Shown here piece after piece: positions 39,191 to 50,963 of a stretch of DNA of 64,000 nt. The position numbers and the translations under genes were made by a program. Source of the stretch: Pseudomonas aeruginosa PAO1. Its GTDB lineage: Bacteria > Pseudomonadota > Gammaproteobacteria > Pseudomonadales > Pseudomonadaceae. The stretch is taken from assembly GCF_000006765.1 (NCBI RefSeq), contig NC_002516.2; one strand, 5' to 3'. The stretch's first letter is position 1; each line of letters begins with the position of its first letter. Under the pieces are notes generated by a model. It made no database searches, was not told where the DNA came from, and worked only from the letters and a program-made list of their open reading frames with translations.

Positions 39191-42100
39191 ATGTCGAAGT
39201 TTTTCATTGATAGGCCCATTTTCGCGTGGGTGATCGCCTTGGTGATCATGCTCGCGGGCGGCCTGTCGATCCTCAGTCTGCCGGTCAACCAGTACCCGGC
39301 CATCGCCCCGCCGGCCATCGCCGTGCAGGTGAGCTACCCGGGCGCCTCGGCCGAGACGGTGCAGGACACCGTGGTCCAGGTGATCGAGCAGCAGATGAAC
39401 GGGATCGACAATCTGCGCTACATCTCCTCGGAGAGTAACTCCGACGGCAGCATGACCATCACCGTGACCTTCGAACAGGGCACCGACCCCGACATCGCCC
39501 AGGTCCAGGTGCAGAACAAGCTGCAACTGGCCACCCCGCTACTGCCGCAGGAAGTGCAGCGCCAGGGGATCCGGGTGACCAAGGCGGTGAAGAACTTCCT
39601 CATGGTGGTCGGTGTGGTTTCCACCGACGGCAGCATGACCAAGGAAGACCTGTCGAACTACATCGTTTCCAACATCCAGGACCCACTCTCGCGGACCAAG
39701 GGCGTCGGTGACTTCCAGGTGTTCGGCTCGCAGTACTCGATGCGCATCTGGCTCGACCCGGCCAAGCTGAACAGCTACCAGCTGACCCCCGGCGACGTGA
39801 GCAGCGCGATCCAGGCGCAGAACGTGCAGATTTCCTCCGGCCAGCTCGGCGGCTTGCCGGCGGTCAAGGGCCAGCAGCTCAACGCCACCATCATCGGCAA
39901 GACCCGCCTGCAGACCGCGGAGCAATTCGAGAACATCCTGCTCAAGGTCAATCCCGACGGTTCCCAGGTGCGCCTGAAGGACGTCGCCGATGTAGGCCTG
40001 GGCGGCCAGGACTACAGCATCAACGCGCAGTTCAACGGCAGCCCGGCGTCCGGTATCGCGATCAAGCTGGCCACCGGCGCCAACGCGCTGGATACCGCCA
40101 AGGCGATCCGCCAGACCATCGCCAACCTGGAACCGTTCATGCCGCAGGGCATGAAGGTGGTCTACCCGTACGACACCACCCCGGTGGTCTCGGCCTCGAT
40201 CCATGAGGTAGTGAAGACCCTCGGCGAGGCGATCCTCCTCGTGTTCCTGGTGATGTACCTGTTCCTGCAGAACTTCCGCGCCACGCTGATCCCGACCATC
40301 GCCGTACCGGTGGTGCTGCTGGGGACCTTCGGCGTGCTCGCCGCGTTCGGCTTCTCGATCAACACCCTGACCATGTTCGGCATGGTGCTGGCCATCGGCT
40401 TGCTGGTGGACGACGCCATCGTGGTGGTGGAGAACGTCGAGCGGGTGATGGCCGAGGAAGGCCTGTCGCCAAGGGAGGCGGCGCGCAAGTCCATGGGCCA
40501 GATCCAGGGCGCGCTGGTCGGTATCGCCATGGTGCTCTCGGCGGTATTCCTGCCGATGGCGTTCTTCGGCGGCTCCACCGGGGTGATCTACCGGCAGTTC
40601 TCCATCACCATCGTGTCGGCCATGGCCCTCTCGGTGATCGTGGCGCTGATCCTCACCCCGGCGCTCTGCGCGACCATGCTCAAGCCGATCGAGAAAGGCG
40701 ACCATGGCGAGCACAAGGGCGGCTTCTTCGGCTGGTTCAACCGGATGTTCCTTTCCACCACCCACGGCTACGAGCGGGGCGTGGCGTCGATCCTCAAGCA
40801 TCGCGCGCCGTACCTGCTGATCTACGTGGTGATCGTGGCCGGGATGATCTGGATGTTCACCCGCATTCCCACCGCGTTCCTCCCCGACGAGGACCAGGGC
40901 GTACTGTTCGCCCAGGTACAGACCCCGCCGGGCTCCAGTGCCGAGCGTACCCAGGTGGTGGTGGACTCGATGCGCGAATACCTGCTGGAGAAGGAAAGCT
41001 CTTCGGTCAGCTCGGTGTTCACCGTGACCGGCTTCAACTTCGCCGGCCGCGGCCAGAGTTCGGGCATGGCGTTCATCATGCTCAAGCCCTGGGAAGAGCG
41101 TCCCGGTGGCGAGAACAGCGTGTTCGAACTGGCCAAGCGCGCGCAGATGCACTTCTTCAGCTTCAAGGACGCGATGGTGTTCGCCTTCGCGCCGCCGTCG
41201 GTACTGGAACTGGGTAACGCCACCGGCTTCGACCTGTTCCTCCAGGACCAGGCGGGTGTCGGCCACGAAGTCCTGCTCCAGGCGCGCAACAAGTTCCTCA
41301 TGCTCGCCGCGCAGAACCCGGCGCTGCAACGCGTGCGCCCCAACGGCATGAGCGACGAACCGCAGTACAAGCTGGAGATCGACGACGAGAAGGCCAGCGC
41401 CCTCGGCGTGTCCCTTGCCGACATCAACAGCACCGTGTCCATCGCCTGGGGTTCCAGCTACGTCAACGATTTCATCGACCGTGGCCGGGTCAAGCGGGTC
41501 TACCTGCAGGGCAGGCCGGACGCGCGGATGAACCCGGACGACCTGAGCAAGTGGTACGTGCGCAACGACAAGGGCGAGATGGTGCCGTTCAACGCCTTCG
41601 CCACCGGCAAGTGGGAATACGGTTCGCCGAAGCTGGAGCGCTACAATGGCGTGCCGGCGATGGAGATCCTCGGCGAGCCGGCGCCCGGCCTGAGTTCCGG
41701 TGACGCCATGGCGGCGGTCGAGGAGATCGTCAAGCAATTGCCGAAAGGCGTTGGCTACTCCTGGACCGGCCTGTCCTACGAGGAGCGCTTGTCCGGCTCG
41801 CAGGCGCCGGCGCTGTATGCGCTGTCGCTGCTGGTGGTGTTCCTCTGCCTGGCGGCCCTGTACGAAAGCTGGTCGATTCCGTTCTCGGTGATGCTGGTGG
41901 TGCCGTTGGGCGTGATCGGTGCGCTGCTGGCGACGTCCATGCGCGGCCTGTCCAACGACGTGTTCTTCCAGGTGGGCCTGTTGACGACCATCGGCCTGTC
42001 GGCGAAGAACGCCATTCTCATCGTGGAGTTCGCCAAGGAGCTGCACGAGCAGGGCAAGGGCATCGTCGAGGCGGCCATCGAAGCCTGCCGCATGCGTCTG

Positions 42101-42331
42101 CGGCCGATCGTGATGACCTCCCTGGCGTTCATCCTCGGCGTGGTCCCGCTGGCGATCTCCACCGGCGCCGGCTCGGGCAGCCAGCATGCGATCGGTACCG
42201 GCGTGATCGGCGGCATGGTCACTGCGACCGTCCTGGCGATCTTCTGGGTACCGCTGTTCTACGTGGCGGTCAGCACGCTGTTCAAGGACGAGGCGTCCAA
42301 GCAGCAGGCGTCCGTCGAAAAGGGGCAATGA
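39191..42331 (+). CDS. mexB: RND efflux transporter MexB
   Basis: [16 protein letters not shown]; proton relay [16 protein letters not shown] and AKNAIL; [11 protein letters not shown]; 1046 aa. Confidence 0.99.
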   Translation: MSKFFIDRPIFAWVIALVIMLAGGLSILSLPVNQYPAIAPPAIAVQVSYPGASAETVQDTVVQVIEQQMNGIDNLRYISSESNSDGSMTITVTFEQGTDPDIAQVQVQNKLQLATPLLPQEVQRQGIRVTKAVKNFLMVVGVVSTDGSMTKEDLSNYIVSNIQDPLSRTKGVGDFQVFGSQYSMRIWLDPAKLNSYQLTPGDVSSAIQAQNVQISSGQLGGLPAVKGQQLNATIIGKTRLQTAEQFENILLKVNPDGSQVRLKDVADVGLGGQDYSINAQFNGSPASGIAIKLATGANALDTAKAIRQTIANLEPFMPQGMKVVYPYDTTPVVSASIHEVVKTLGEAILLVFLVMYLFLQNFRATLIPTIAVPVVLLGTFGVLAAFGFSINTLTMFGMVLAIGLLVDDAIVVVENVERVMAEEGLSPREAARKSMGQIQGALVGIAMVLSAVFLPMAFFGGSTGVIYRQFSITIVSAMALSVIVALILTPALCATMLKPIEKGDHGEHKGGFFGWFNRMFLSTTHGYERGVASILKHRAPYLLIYVVIVAGMIWMFTRIPTAFLPDEDQGVLFAQVQTPPGSSAERTQVVVDSMREYLLEKESSSVSSVFTVTGFNFAGRGQSSGMAFIMLKPWEERPGGENSVFELAKRAQMHFFSFKDAMVFAFAPPSVLELGNATGFDLFLQDQAGVGHEVLLQARNKFLMLAAQNPALQRVRPNGMSDEPQYKLEIDDEKASALGVSLADINSTVSIAWGSSYVNDFIDRGRVKRVYLQGRPDARMNPDDLSKWYVRNDKGEMVPFNAFATGKWEYGSPKLERYNGVPAMEILGEPAPGLSSGDAMAAVEEIVKQLPKGVGYSWTGLSYEERLSGSQAPALYALSLLVVFLCLAALYESWSIPFSVMLVVPLGVIGALLATSMRGLSNDVFFQVGLLTTIGLSAKNAILIVEFAKELHEQGKGIVEAAIEACRMRLRPIVMTSLAFILGVVPLAISTGAGSGSQHAIGTGVIGGMVTATVLAIFWVPLFYVAVSTLFKDEASKQQASVEKGQ

Positions 42332-42332
42332 T

Positions 42333-43790
42333 ATGAAACGGTCCTTCCTTTCCCTGGCGGTAGCCGCTGTCGTTCTGTCCGGCTGCTCGCTGATCCCCGA
42401 CTACCAGCGCCCCGAGGCGCCGGTAGCCGCGGCCTACCCGCAAGGGCAGGCCTACGGGCAGAACACCGGCGCGGCGGCCGTTCCGGCCGCCGACATCGGC
42501 TGGCGCGAGTTCTTCCGCGACCCGCAGTTGCAGCAACTGATCGGCGTGGCGCTGGAAAACAACCGCGACCTGCGGGTCGCCGCGCTGAACGTCGAGGCCT
42601 TCCGGGCGCAGTACCGCATCCAGCGGGCCGACCTGTTCCCGCGGATCGGCGTGGACGGTAGCGGCACCCGCCAGCGTTTGCCGGGCGACCTGTCGACCAC
42701 CGGCAGTCCGGCGATTTCCAGCCAGTACGGGGTGACCCTGGGCACTACCGCCTGGGAACTCGATCTCTTCGGCCGCCTGCGCAGCCTGCGCGACCAGGCC
42801 CTGGAGCAGTACCTGGCGACCGAACAGGCGCAGCGCAGCGCGCAGACCACCCTGGTGGCCAGCGTGGCGACCGCCTACCTGACGCTGAAGGCCGACCAGG
42901 CGCAGTTGCAGCTGACCAAGGACACCCTGGGCACCTACCAGAAGAGTTTCGACCTGACCCAGCGCAGCTACGACGTCGGCGTCGCCTCCGCGCTCGACCT
43001 GCGCCAGGCGCAGACCGCCGTGGAAGGCGCCCGCGCGACCCTGGCGCAGTACACCCGCCTGGTAGCCCAGGACCAGAATGCGCTGGTCCTGCTGCTGGGC
43101 TCCGGGATCCCGGCGAACCTGCCGCAAGGCCTGGGCCTGGACCAGACCCTGCTGACCGAAGTGCCGGCGGGTCTGCCGTCGGACCTGCTGCAACGGCGCC
43201 CGGACATCCTCGAGGCCGAGCACCAGCTCATGGCTGCCAACGCCAGCATCGGCGCCGCGCGCGCGGCGTTCTTCCCGAGCATCAGCCTGACCGCCAACGC
43301 CGGCACCATGAGCCGCCAACTGTCCGGCCTGTTCGACGCCGGTTCGGGTTCCTGGTTGTTCCAGCCGTCGATCAACCTGCCGATCTTCACCGCCGGCAGC
43401 CTGCGTGCCAGCCTGGACTACGCGAAGATCCAGAAGGACATCAACGTCGCGCAGTACGAGAAGGCGATCCAGACGGCGTTCCAGGAAGTCGCCGACGGCC
43501 TGGCCGCGCGCGGTACCTTCACCGAGCAGTTGCAGGCGCAGCGCGATCTGGTCAAGGCCAGCGACGAGTACTACCAGCTCGCCGACAAGCGCTATCGCAC
43601 GGGGGTGGACAACTACCTGACCCTGCTCGACGCGCAACGCTCGCTGTTCACCGCGCAGCAGCAACTGATCACCGACCGCCTCAATCAGCTGACCAGCGAG
43701 GTCAACCTGTACAAGGCCCTCGGCGGCGGCTGGAACCAGCAGACCGTGACCCAGCAGCAGACCGCGAAGAAGGAAGATCCCCAGGCTTGA
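42333..43790 (+). CDS. oprM: Outer membrane efflux lipoprotein OprM
   Basis: [18 protein letters not shown] lipobox; two OEP repeats; [10 protein letters not shown]-terminal motif; 485 aa. Confidence 0.99.
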   Translation: MKRSFLSLAVAAVVLSGCSLIPDYQRPEAPVAAAYPQGQAYGQNTGAAAVPAADIGWREFFRDPQLQQLIGVALENNRDLRVAALNVEAFRAQYRIQRADLFPRIGVDGSGTRQRLPGDLSTTGSPAISSQYGVTLGTTAWELDLFGRLRSLRDQALEQYLATEQAQRSAQTTLVASVATAYLTLKADQAQLQLTKDTLGTYQKSFDLTQRSYDVGVASALDLRQAQTAVEGARATLAQYTRLVAQDQNALVLLLGSGIPANLPQGLGLDQTLLTEVPAGLPSDLLQRRPDILEAEHQLMAANASIGAARAAFFPSISLTANAGTMSRQLSGLFDAGSGSWLFQPSINLPIFTAGSLRASLDYAKIQKDINVAQYEKAIQTAFQEVADGLAARGTFTEQLQAQRDLVKASDEYYQLADKRYRTGVDNYLTLLDAQRSLFTAQQQLITDRLNQLTSEVNLYKALGGGWNQQTVTQQQTAKKEDPQA

Positions 43791-43811
43791 TCGCCTTCCG
43801 CGCCATGCAAG

Positions 43812-43840
43812 AACGCCGACCCTAGGGTCGGCGTTTTTTT
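43812..43840 (+). terminator. Rho-independent terminator of mexAB-oprM
   Basis: Perfect palindrome AACGCCGACCCTAGGGTCGGCGTT followed by a T run. Confidence 0.92.
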
Positions 43841-43885
43841 ATCCTCGCGGAAGTCGGCGGGTCCGCGTCACGGACCCGCTCGGCC

Positions 43886-45805
43886 TTAGCGGTTGCGGGT
43901 CAGCAGTGCGGGGCGCTCGCCCTTGCGCCGCGGTTCCAGCTCGTCGAGCTGCTCGGCGGTGGGGAAGCGATCCATGCGCACCAGGTCGCGCTTGTTGATC
44001 ACCACCGGCTGGCGGCTCGGCTGCTTGCCGGTGCCATACTCGGACGGCTCGCGCAGCGGCGCGTCGCTCATCCGCGAGGCATTCTCGCGACCCTGGCCGC
44101 GCGGCTTGCCGGCGCGCGGTTTCTTCGCCTTGCCCTGGCCGGCACCCTGACCGCGAGCGCCGCCTTGAGCGGCGCCCTGGCTCTTGCCGCGAGCTTGGCC
44201 CTGGCCTTGGCCACGACCCTGCTGGCCGGTGCCGCCCTGGGGTTTCTGCTGGCCACCGCGGCGTCCGCGTCCCTTGTTTTCCTGGCCCTGGTAGGGGCTG
44301 ACGTAGTCGGCGCGGTTGCCGAAATTGTCGAAGTCGTCGTCGAGGAACTCTTCCGGATCGCGATTACCGTCGACTTCCGGCGGCCGATTGGGCTTGGCCG
44401 GACGCGCTTCGCGGCTCTGCCGCGGCTGCTGCGCTTGGCCGGCCTCGCGGTTTTCCTTGTTCTTGCCACCGCGACGGCGGCGCTTTCCAGCCGGCTTCTC
44501 GGTACCGTCCTGGGCCGCAGCGACATTGCTGTCGGGGTTGCTCGCCTGGGCGTCTTTCGGCTTGCGCTCGCGGCTGCTGCGCCGTTCCTTGTCGCGGCGC
44601 GGCTGCTTCTGCGGCGCTTCGCGGGGCTCCGGCTGGGCCACCTCGGGCAGCACGGCCTCGGGGTCGAAACCCTGGGCATCGCCATCGGGAATACGCTGTC
44701 TGGTCATCTTCTCGATGGCCTTGAGCAGCTTCTCTTCGTCCGGCGCCACCAGCGAGATCGCCTCGCCGCTGCGTCCGGCTCGGCCGGTACGGCCGATGCG
44801 GTGGACATAGTCTTCCTCGACGTTGGGCAGCTCGTAGTTGACCACATGGGGCAACTGGTCGATATCCAGGCCGCGGGCGGCGATGTCGGTCGCCACCAGG
44901 ATGCGCACGTCGTTGGCCTTGAAGTCGGCCAGCGCCTTGGTCCGCGCGTTCTGGCTCTTGTTGCCATGGATCGCGGCGGCCGGCAGGCCGTGCTTGGTCA
45001 GGTACTCGGCGAGACGGTTGGCGCCGTGCTTGGTACGGGTGAAGACCAGCACCTGTTCCCAGGCGCCGACGGTTACCAGGTGCGCCAGCAGGGCGCGCTT
45101 CTGCGGAGCCGGCAGGCGGAACACGCGTTGCTCGATGCGCTCGACCGTGGTGTTCGGCGGCGTTACCTCGATGCGTTCCGGGTTGTGCAGGAGCTTGTTG
45201 GCGAGGTCGACGATGTCTTTCGAGAAGGTTGCCGAGAACAGCAGGTTCTGGCGCTTGGGCGGCAGCTTGGCGAGAACCTTCTTCACATCGTGGATGAAGC
45301 CCATGTCGAGCATGCGGTCGGCTTCGTCGAGGACGAGGATTTCCACGTGGGACAGGTCGACCTTGTTCTGCCCGGCCAGGTCGAGCAGGCGGCCGGGGCA
45401 GGCGACGAGTACGTCGACGCCCTTGGCCAGGGCCTGGATCTGCGGGTTCATGCCAACCCCACCGAAGATGCAGGTGCTGTTCAGCGGCAGGTCGCGGGCG
45501 TAGACCTTGAAGCTGTCATGCACCTGGGCGGCCAGCTCACGGGTCGGGGTCAGTACCAGCACGCGCGCCTGGCGCGGGCCGTGGCGGTGTTCGCGGTCGG
45601 GATGACCGGCGGGGAACAGGCGCTCCAGTACCGGCAGGGCGAAACCACCGGTCTTGCCGGTGCCGGTCTGTGCCGCAACCATCAGGTCGCGACCTTGCAA
45701 CACGGCGGGAATCGCCCGCTGTTGCACGGGAGTGGGCTGGCTGTAGCCCGCAGCCTCCACAGCGCGGGCAAGCGCCTCGGAGAGTCCGAGGGAAGAAAAG
45801 GACAT
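43886..45805 (-). CDS. rhlE2: DEAD-box RNA helicase (RhlE family) with long disordered basic C-terminal extension
   Basis: Q motif, [39 protein letters not shown]; about 240 aa R/G/Q/K-rich tail. The rhlE2 name is from recall of the PAO1 locus. Confidence 0.92.
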   Translation of the reverse strand: MSFSSLGLSEALARAVEAAGYSQPTPVQQRAIPAVLQGRDLMVAAQTGTGKTGGFALPVLERLFPAGHPDREHRHGPRQARVLVLTPTRELAAQVHDSFKVYARDLPLNSTCIFGGVGMNPQIQALAKGVDVLVACPGRLLDLAGQNKVDLSHVEILVLDEADRMLDMGFIHDVKKVLAKLPPKRQNLLFSATFSKDIVDLANKLLHNPERIEVTPPNTTVERIEQRVFRLPAPQKRALLAHLVTVGAWEQVLVFTRTKHGANRLAEYLTKHGLPAAAIHGNKSQNARTKALADFKANDVRILVATDIAARGLDIDQLPHVVNYELPNVEEDYVHRIGRTGRAGRSGEAISLVAPDEEKLLKAIEKMTRQRIPDGDAQGFDPEAVLPEVAQPEPREAPQKQPRRDKERRSSRERKPKDAQASNPDSNVAAAQDGTEKPAGKRRRRGGKNKENREAGQAQQPRQSREARPAKPNRPPEVDGNRDPEEFLDDDFDNFGNRADYVSPYQGQENKGRGRRGGQQKPQGGTGQQGRGQGQGQARGKSQGAAQGGARGQGAGQGKAKKPRAGKPRGQGRENASRMSDAPLREPSEYGTGKQPSRQPVVINKRDLVRMDRFPTAEQLDELEPRRKGERPALLTRNR

Positions 45806-46055
45806 GCGGGTTTTCCTATATGGGCCGGGGCGAGGCCGGCTGCTGTGAAATCACCAAGTTCTGCGAACTCCTGTCTACCTTCGGGCCCTGTCGGCCAGGG
45901 CGGAAGGTCTGGCCGCGGCGCTGCGTATGCGCTCGGTGGCCGGTGTCGAACGGGTGCCCTCGCGGGCATGGCCGCGCACCTGGTCGGGGGCGCTGGCCGG
46001 TTCGCTCCCGGCCCTGGGTGGGGGGGCCGGGGGCAGCGTCAACGGAGGGCTGCGG

Positions 46056-47126
46056 TCAGAGCAGGTCACGCTGGCGCAAATGCTGGCGGATCTCGTTGGC
46101 CCGGGAGCCAAGGAGGTTGCGCAGCAAGCTGTGATTCAGCCAATCCTCGATTTGTTCCGCAATCGGTTCCTGCGGATAGCGTTCGATGGCATTGGTCGCG
46201 GCTTTCTCCCACCAGACGGGGCCGCAGGCCCGGTCGAACTCGTTACTGTATTCGTGGCAACCGTAGAGCAGTTCGATACTGAACTGGCGCATCGGAGCCG
46301 GCAACGGCAGGGTTCCCAGCTTGTACAGCAGACGCTTGGCACGCGGTGGGCGTGGCAGTCGATCGGTCACCTTGAGGGTGTCGTCGAGGGCTGCAGCGCT
46401 GAGAAGGGAGGAACCGTGCTTGCACAACCAGGCCTGGATCTTCGCGCGGAACAGCTGTTTCCGGCTCCAGTAATGGTGGATCAGGTCGGTACAACCCACC
46501 AGCTCCAGCCGCTTGTGGGCGGCGACGGCCAGGACGAATTCCTCAAGAGTATAGGCACCGTTGGCAATTGGATAGAGTTCATCCATTAATTCCAACGAAC
46601 GGTCGAGTATTTTCGCCTCTTCCCGAGGCAGGCCGATGACGCCGGAGTTGAGCTGGTGCATCTCGTCGTCGGCCCAGCCGCGCTCGAACAGGTAGGGCGA
46701 GAGGTCGCGGTAGAGCGGGAAGTTACGGTGTTCGCCATAGCGCGCGCCGATCGCGTTGCACAGCAGGCTGCCGGGCTGGATGCGGTCGAACAGGCGCAGG
46801 GGCGAACTGTGGAAGAAGGTATCGGTGTCGATCAGCAACGCCTGGTCGGCCTCTTCCAGGGCGTCGCGCAGGGCCACGTGCTTGGCGCGGAAGTGATAGC
46901 CGTGCGGTTGGCACCAGGCGACCAACTCCTCGGCCGTCACTTCGCGGACCTGCACCGGCAGGCCGGCGTAGGGACTGGGGTCGTCGGTATAGACCCTGAC
47001 CGTCAGGCCATGCGCCGCCCCGTCGCGGAGGTGGGCGAAGGCGCTGGCGATGCTGAACAGGGCTTCCTGGTGGTAGGTCTGTCGCCCGTAGACCAGGTAG
47101 ATCAGATGCTTGCGTGAGTTGGCCAT
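46056..47126 (-). CDS. Hypothetical protein, putative GT-A fold nucleotide-sugar transferase
   Basis: MANSRKHLIYLVYG..ALFSIASA..VRVYTD..LLIDTDTFF (DxD), NSGVIG, HHYW: motif order typical of GT8-like GT-A enzymes; 356 aa. Confidence 0.7.
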   Translation of the reverse strand: MANSRKHLIYLVYGRQTYHQEALFSIASAFAHLRDGAAHGLTVRVYTDDPSPYAGLPVQVREVTAEELVAWCQPHGYHFRAKHVALRDALEEADQALLIDTDTFFHSSPLRLFDRIQPGSLLCNAIGARYGEHRNFPLYRDLSPYLFERGWADDEMHQLNSGVIGLPREEAKILDRSLELMDELYPIANGAYTLEEFVLAVAAHKRLELVGCTDLIHHYWSRKQLFRAKIQAWLCKHGSSLLSAAALDDTLKVTDRLPRPPRAKRLLYKLGTLPLPAPMRQFSIELLYGCHEYSNEFDRACGPVWWEKAATNAIERYPQEPIAEQIEDWLNHSLLRNLLGSRANEIRQHLRQRDLL

Positions 47127-47195
47127 GTCTGTCGTGGATCGCGTGAGAGGCATCCCTGCCGGTATACGCTGCCGGGCCGAACCGCGTGGGCGGTA

Positions 47196-48044
47196 TCAGC
47201 GTGGCAGCTGGAGATTCTTCCAGATCGCCAGGCTCGGATCGGCCTGGTTCAAAGTATAGAAATGCAGTCCCGGTGCGCCGCCCTCCAGCAGGCGTTCGCA
47301 CATCTCGCTGATGACCTGCTCGCCGAAGGCCTGGATGCTGCGGCTGTCGTCGCCGTAGGCTTCCAGTTGCTTGCGGATCCAGCGCGGCAGTTCGGCGCCG
47401 CAGGCGTCGGAGAAGCGCGCCAGCTTGGAGTAGTTGGTGATCGGCATGATGCCGGGGACCACCGGGATGTCCACGCCGAGCTTGGCGACCCGCTCGACGA
47501 AGTAGAAATAGGCATCGGCGTTGAAGAAGTACTGGGTGATGGCGCTGCTGGCGCCGGCCTTCACCTTGCGCACGAAGTTCGCCAGGTCATCCTCGAAGCT
47601 GCGCGCCTGGGGGTGGACCTCCGGATAGGCGGCGACCTCGATGTGGAAGTGGTCGCCGGTCTCGGTGCGGATGAAGTCCACCAGTTCGTTGGCGTAGCGC
47701 AGTTCGCCGCTGGCCATGCCCATGCCCGACGGCAGGTCGCCGCGCAGGGCGACGATGCGGCGGATGCCGGCCTCGCGGTAGCGGCCGAGCAGTTCGCGCA
47801 ACTCGGCTTTCGAGTCGCCGACACAGGACAGGTGCGGCGCGGTCGGCACCTTCACCTCGCCGTCCAGTTGCAGCACGGTACTCAACGTGCGGTCGCGGGT
47901 GGATCCGCCGGCGCCGTAGGTGCAGGAGAAGAAGTCGGGCTTGTAGCCCGCCAGGTTGCGGGCGGTGGCCAACAGCTTTTCATGGCCGGCCTCGGTCTTC
48001 GCCGGGAAGAACTCGAAGCTGAAACGGCGTTCGCTCTGACTCAT
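47196..48044 (-). CDS. metF: 5,10-methylenetetrahydrofolate reductase
   Basis: FSFEFFPAK, SCTYGAGG, PHLSC, ALRGD, AAYPE, AITQYFF, PGIMPI, HFYTLN. AAGGA RBS supports the ATG at 48044 (the longer ORF begins at 48068). Confidence 0.96.
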   Translation of the reverse strand: MSQSERRFSFEFFPAKTEAGHEKLLATARNLAGYKPDFFSCTYGAGGSTRDRTLSTVLQLDGEVKVPTAPHLSCVGDSKAELRELLGRYREAGIRRIVALRGDLPSGMGMASGELRYANELVDFIRTETGDHFHIEVAAYPEVHPQARSFEDDLANFVRKVKAGASSAITQYFFNADAYFYFVERVAKLGVDIPVVPGIMPITNYSKLARFSDACGAELPRWIRKQLEAYGDDSRSIQAFGEQVISEMCERLLEGGAPGLHFYTLNQADPSLAIWKNLQLPR

Positions 48045-48110
48045 GATCGGTTCCTTGGACGCGACCACGGCCGCGCCTCTTCTTGTTGATTCCGACTAGC
48101 GCCGGGTACT

Positions 48111-48665
48111 TCAGTAGTACTGGCGGTAGTGCTCGATTTTTTCCCGCAGGCGTCGGGCCGTCGCGGCGTGGGCATGGCCGAGGCGAGCGAGGATCAGCTG
48201 CGACTCCTGGTGGTAGTTCGCGATCTTGTCCTGGTTCCAGGTCTGCGGCGGTGGCTGCAGGTTGGTGATGCGGTCGCACAGCTTGACCAGGGCGTACTGC
48301 GCCGGGCCCTCGGCAAGCGCCTGGAGATAGTCGTCGAGGGAACGCTTGGGGCCGTCGCCCACGCGCTTGCTCAGGGCCTGCACGCCGGCACAGACGAACT
48401 CGCCGAACTGTTGCCGCAGCTCCTCGGGTGAGGTCGCCGTGTCTTCCAGGGTGTCGTGCAGGACCGCGATCTGCAGGGTTTCCCCGAGCCGTTCGATGGC
48501 ACCGTCGCGATCGGCGGCCAGCAGCTCGTTGGCGACCATGCCCAGGTGCACCAGATAAGGCAGCGGCGAGCCGCTGAGGGTCTGGTTGCGGTGGGCGCGG
48601 GCGGCGAACAGCCAGGCCTGGTTGTAGTGATCGGCGAGGTGCGTGGACATCGTGGGAGCGCTCAT
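48111..48665 (-). CDS. HD-domain small alarmone hydrolase (Mesh1/SpoT-HD family)
   Basis: AARAHRNQ..PYLVH..V, AVLHDTLEDT, VQALSK, LVKLCDRITNL: the RelA/SpoT hydrolase motif series with no synthetase domain; alternative start 48650. Confidence 0.88.
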   Translation of the reverse strand: MSAPTMSTHLADHYNQAWLFAARAHRNQTLSGSPLPYLVHLGMVANELLAADRDGAIERLGETLQIAVLHDTLEDTATSPEELRQQFGEFVCAGVQALSKRVGDGPKRSLDDYLQALAEGPAQYALVKLCDRITNLQPPPQTWNQDKIANYHQESQLILARLGHAHAATARRLREKIEHYRQYY

Positions 48666-48669
48666 GCGA

Positions 48670-48698
48670 ACGGGGCAGGCGCATGGCGCCTGCCCCGT
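48670..48698. other. Strong intercistronic hairpin between sahH and the HD hydrolase gene
   Basis: ACGGGGCAGGCGC-ATG-GCGCCTGCCCCGT, perfect 13-bp stem with no U-tract on the coding strand. Confidence 0.75.
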
Positions 48699-48705
48699 GG
48701 TCCGC

Positions 48706-50245
<1,540 letters not shown>

Positions 50246-50280
50246 GGCGGGAGCGACCCGAAGGGCCGCCTGAGCGGGCG

Positions 50281-50309
50281 ATTATAGCGGCGCCACATGA
50301 AACTCCCAA
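50281..50309 (-). promoter_or_regulatory. Sigma70-type promoter for the sahH leader
   Basis: Minus strand TTGGGA (50309-50304), 17-nt spacer, perfect TATAAT (50286-50281); implies a start site near 50274, just upstream of the riboswitch. Confidence 0.65.
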
Positions 50310-50403
50310 GTCACCCCTGATACGCCGCTCGTCGCCGTGCGTCGCGTCCTCGGGCTGCGGCGATGCACCGCAGCGCAGAAGCGCGGGGAATTTGCGGGTC
50401 AGG

Positions 50404-50838
50404 ATGCTAGAGTGCGCGGTCATGAGAATCGCTCCCATCTCCCGCTCGCCGCTGCTGCAGTGGCTGAGCTTCGCCCTCTGTGCCTGCGTGCTGGTCAACG
50501 CGCTGGCTTGCGGCGTCCTGCACCTGCAGGCGCTGGGAGTGGGCAGCGACAAAGGGCAGAAGGCCAGCGTCGGGCTGTTCTGCGTCGCCGGTGCCAGCCA
50601 ATGGCTATCCCTGGATCCCGACGACGGGGCCGCCGGCGATCCGGCACCGATCAATCCCCAGTTGCCGATGAGCTGCCCGATGTGCAGCGCCCTGGTGCTG
50701 TTCGTCGCGCTCGGGGTGATCTGGTCCTGGCGCTTGCAACGGCGACGCCATGCACGTTTCCGCCCGCCCGCCACGCGCGAGCCGGTGCCGCCCCGGTACG
50801 TCTGGCCGCCGGCCAACCCGCGCGCTTCCCCCGCCTGA
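50404..50838 (+). CDS. DUF2946 family protein (CruR-like leader ORF with CxxC and C-terminal PRASP)
   Basis: TM segment, LFCVAG, CPMC, second hydrophobic stretch, C-terminus WPPANPRASPA; upstream of a TonB receptor and a PepSY gene; start 50404 or 50422. Confidence 0.8.
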   Translation: MLECAVMRIAPISRSPLLQWLSFALCACVLVNALACGVLHLQALGVGSDKGQKASVGLFCVAGASQWLSLDPDDGAAGDPAPINPQLPMSCPMCSALVLFVALGVIWSWRLQRRRHARFRPPATREPVPPRYVWPPANPRASPA

Positions 50839-50963
50839 TCCTGAACGCCCGCCGCGCCGGGCATTTGCATCCGTCGCCCGTCCTGCCTCGTCCGCGCAGC
50901 GCTCGCCGCTGTCCATCCGGGCGAGGCGGGCGTGCCCACCATGCCTTGCTTCAGGATCGCTCG

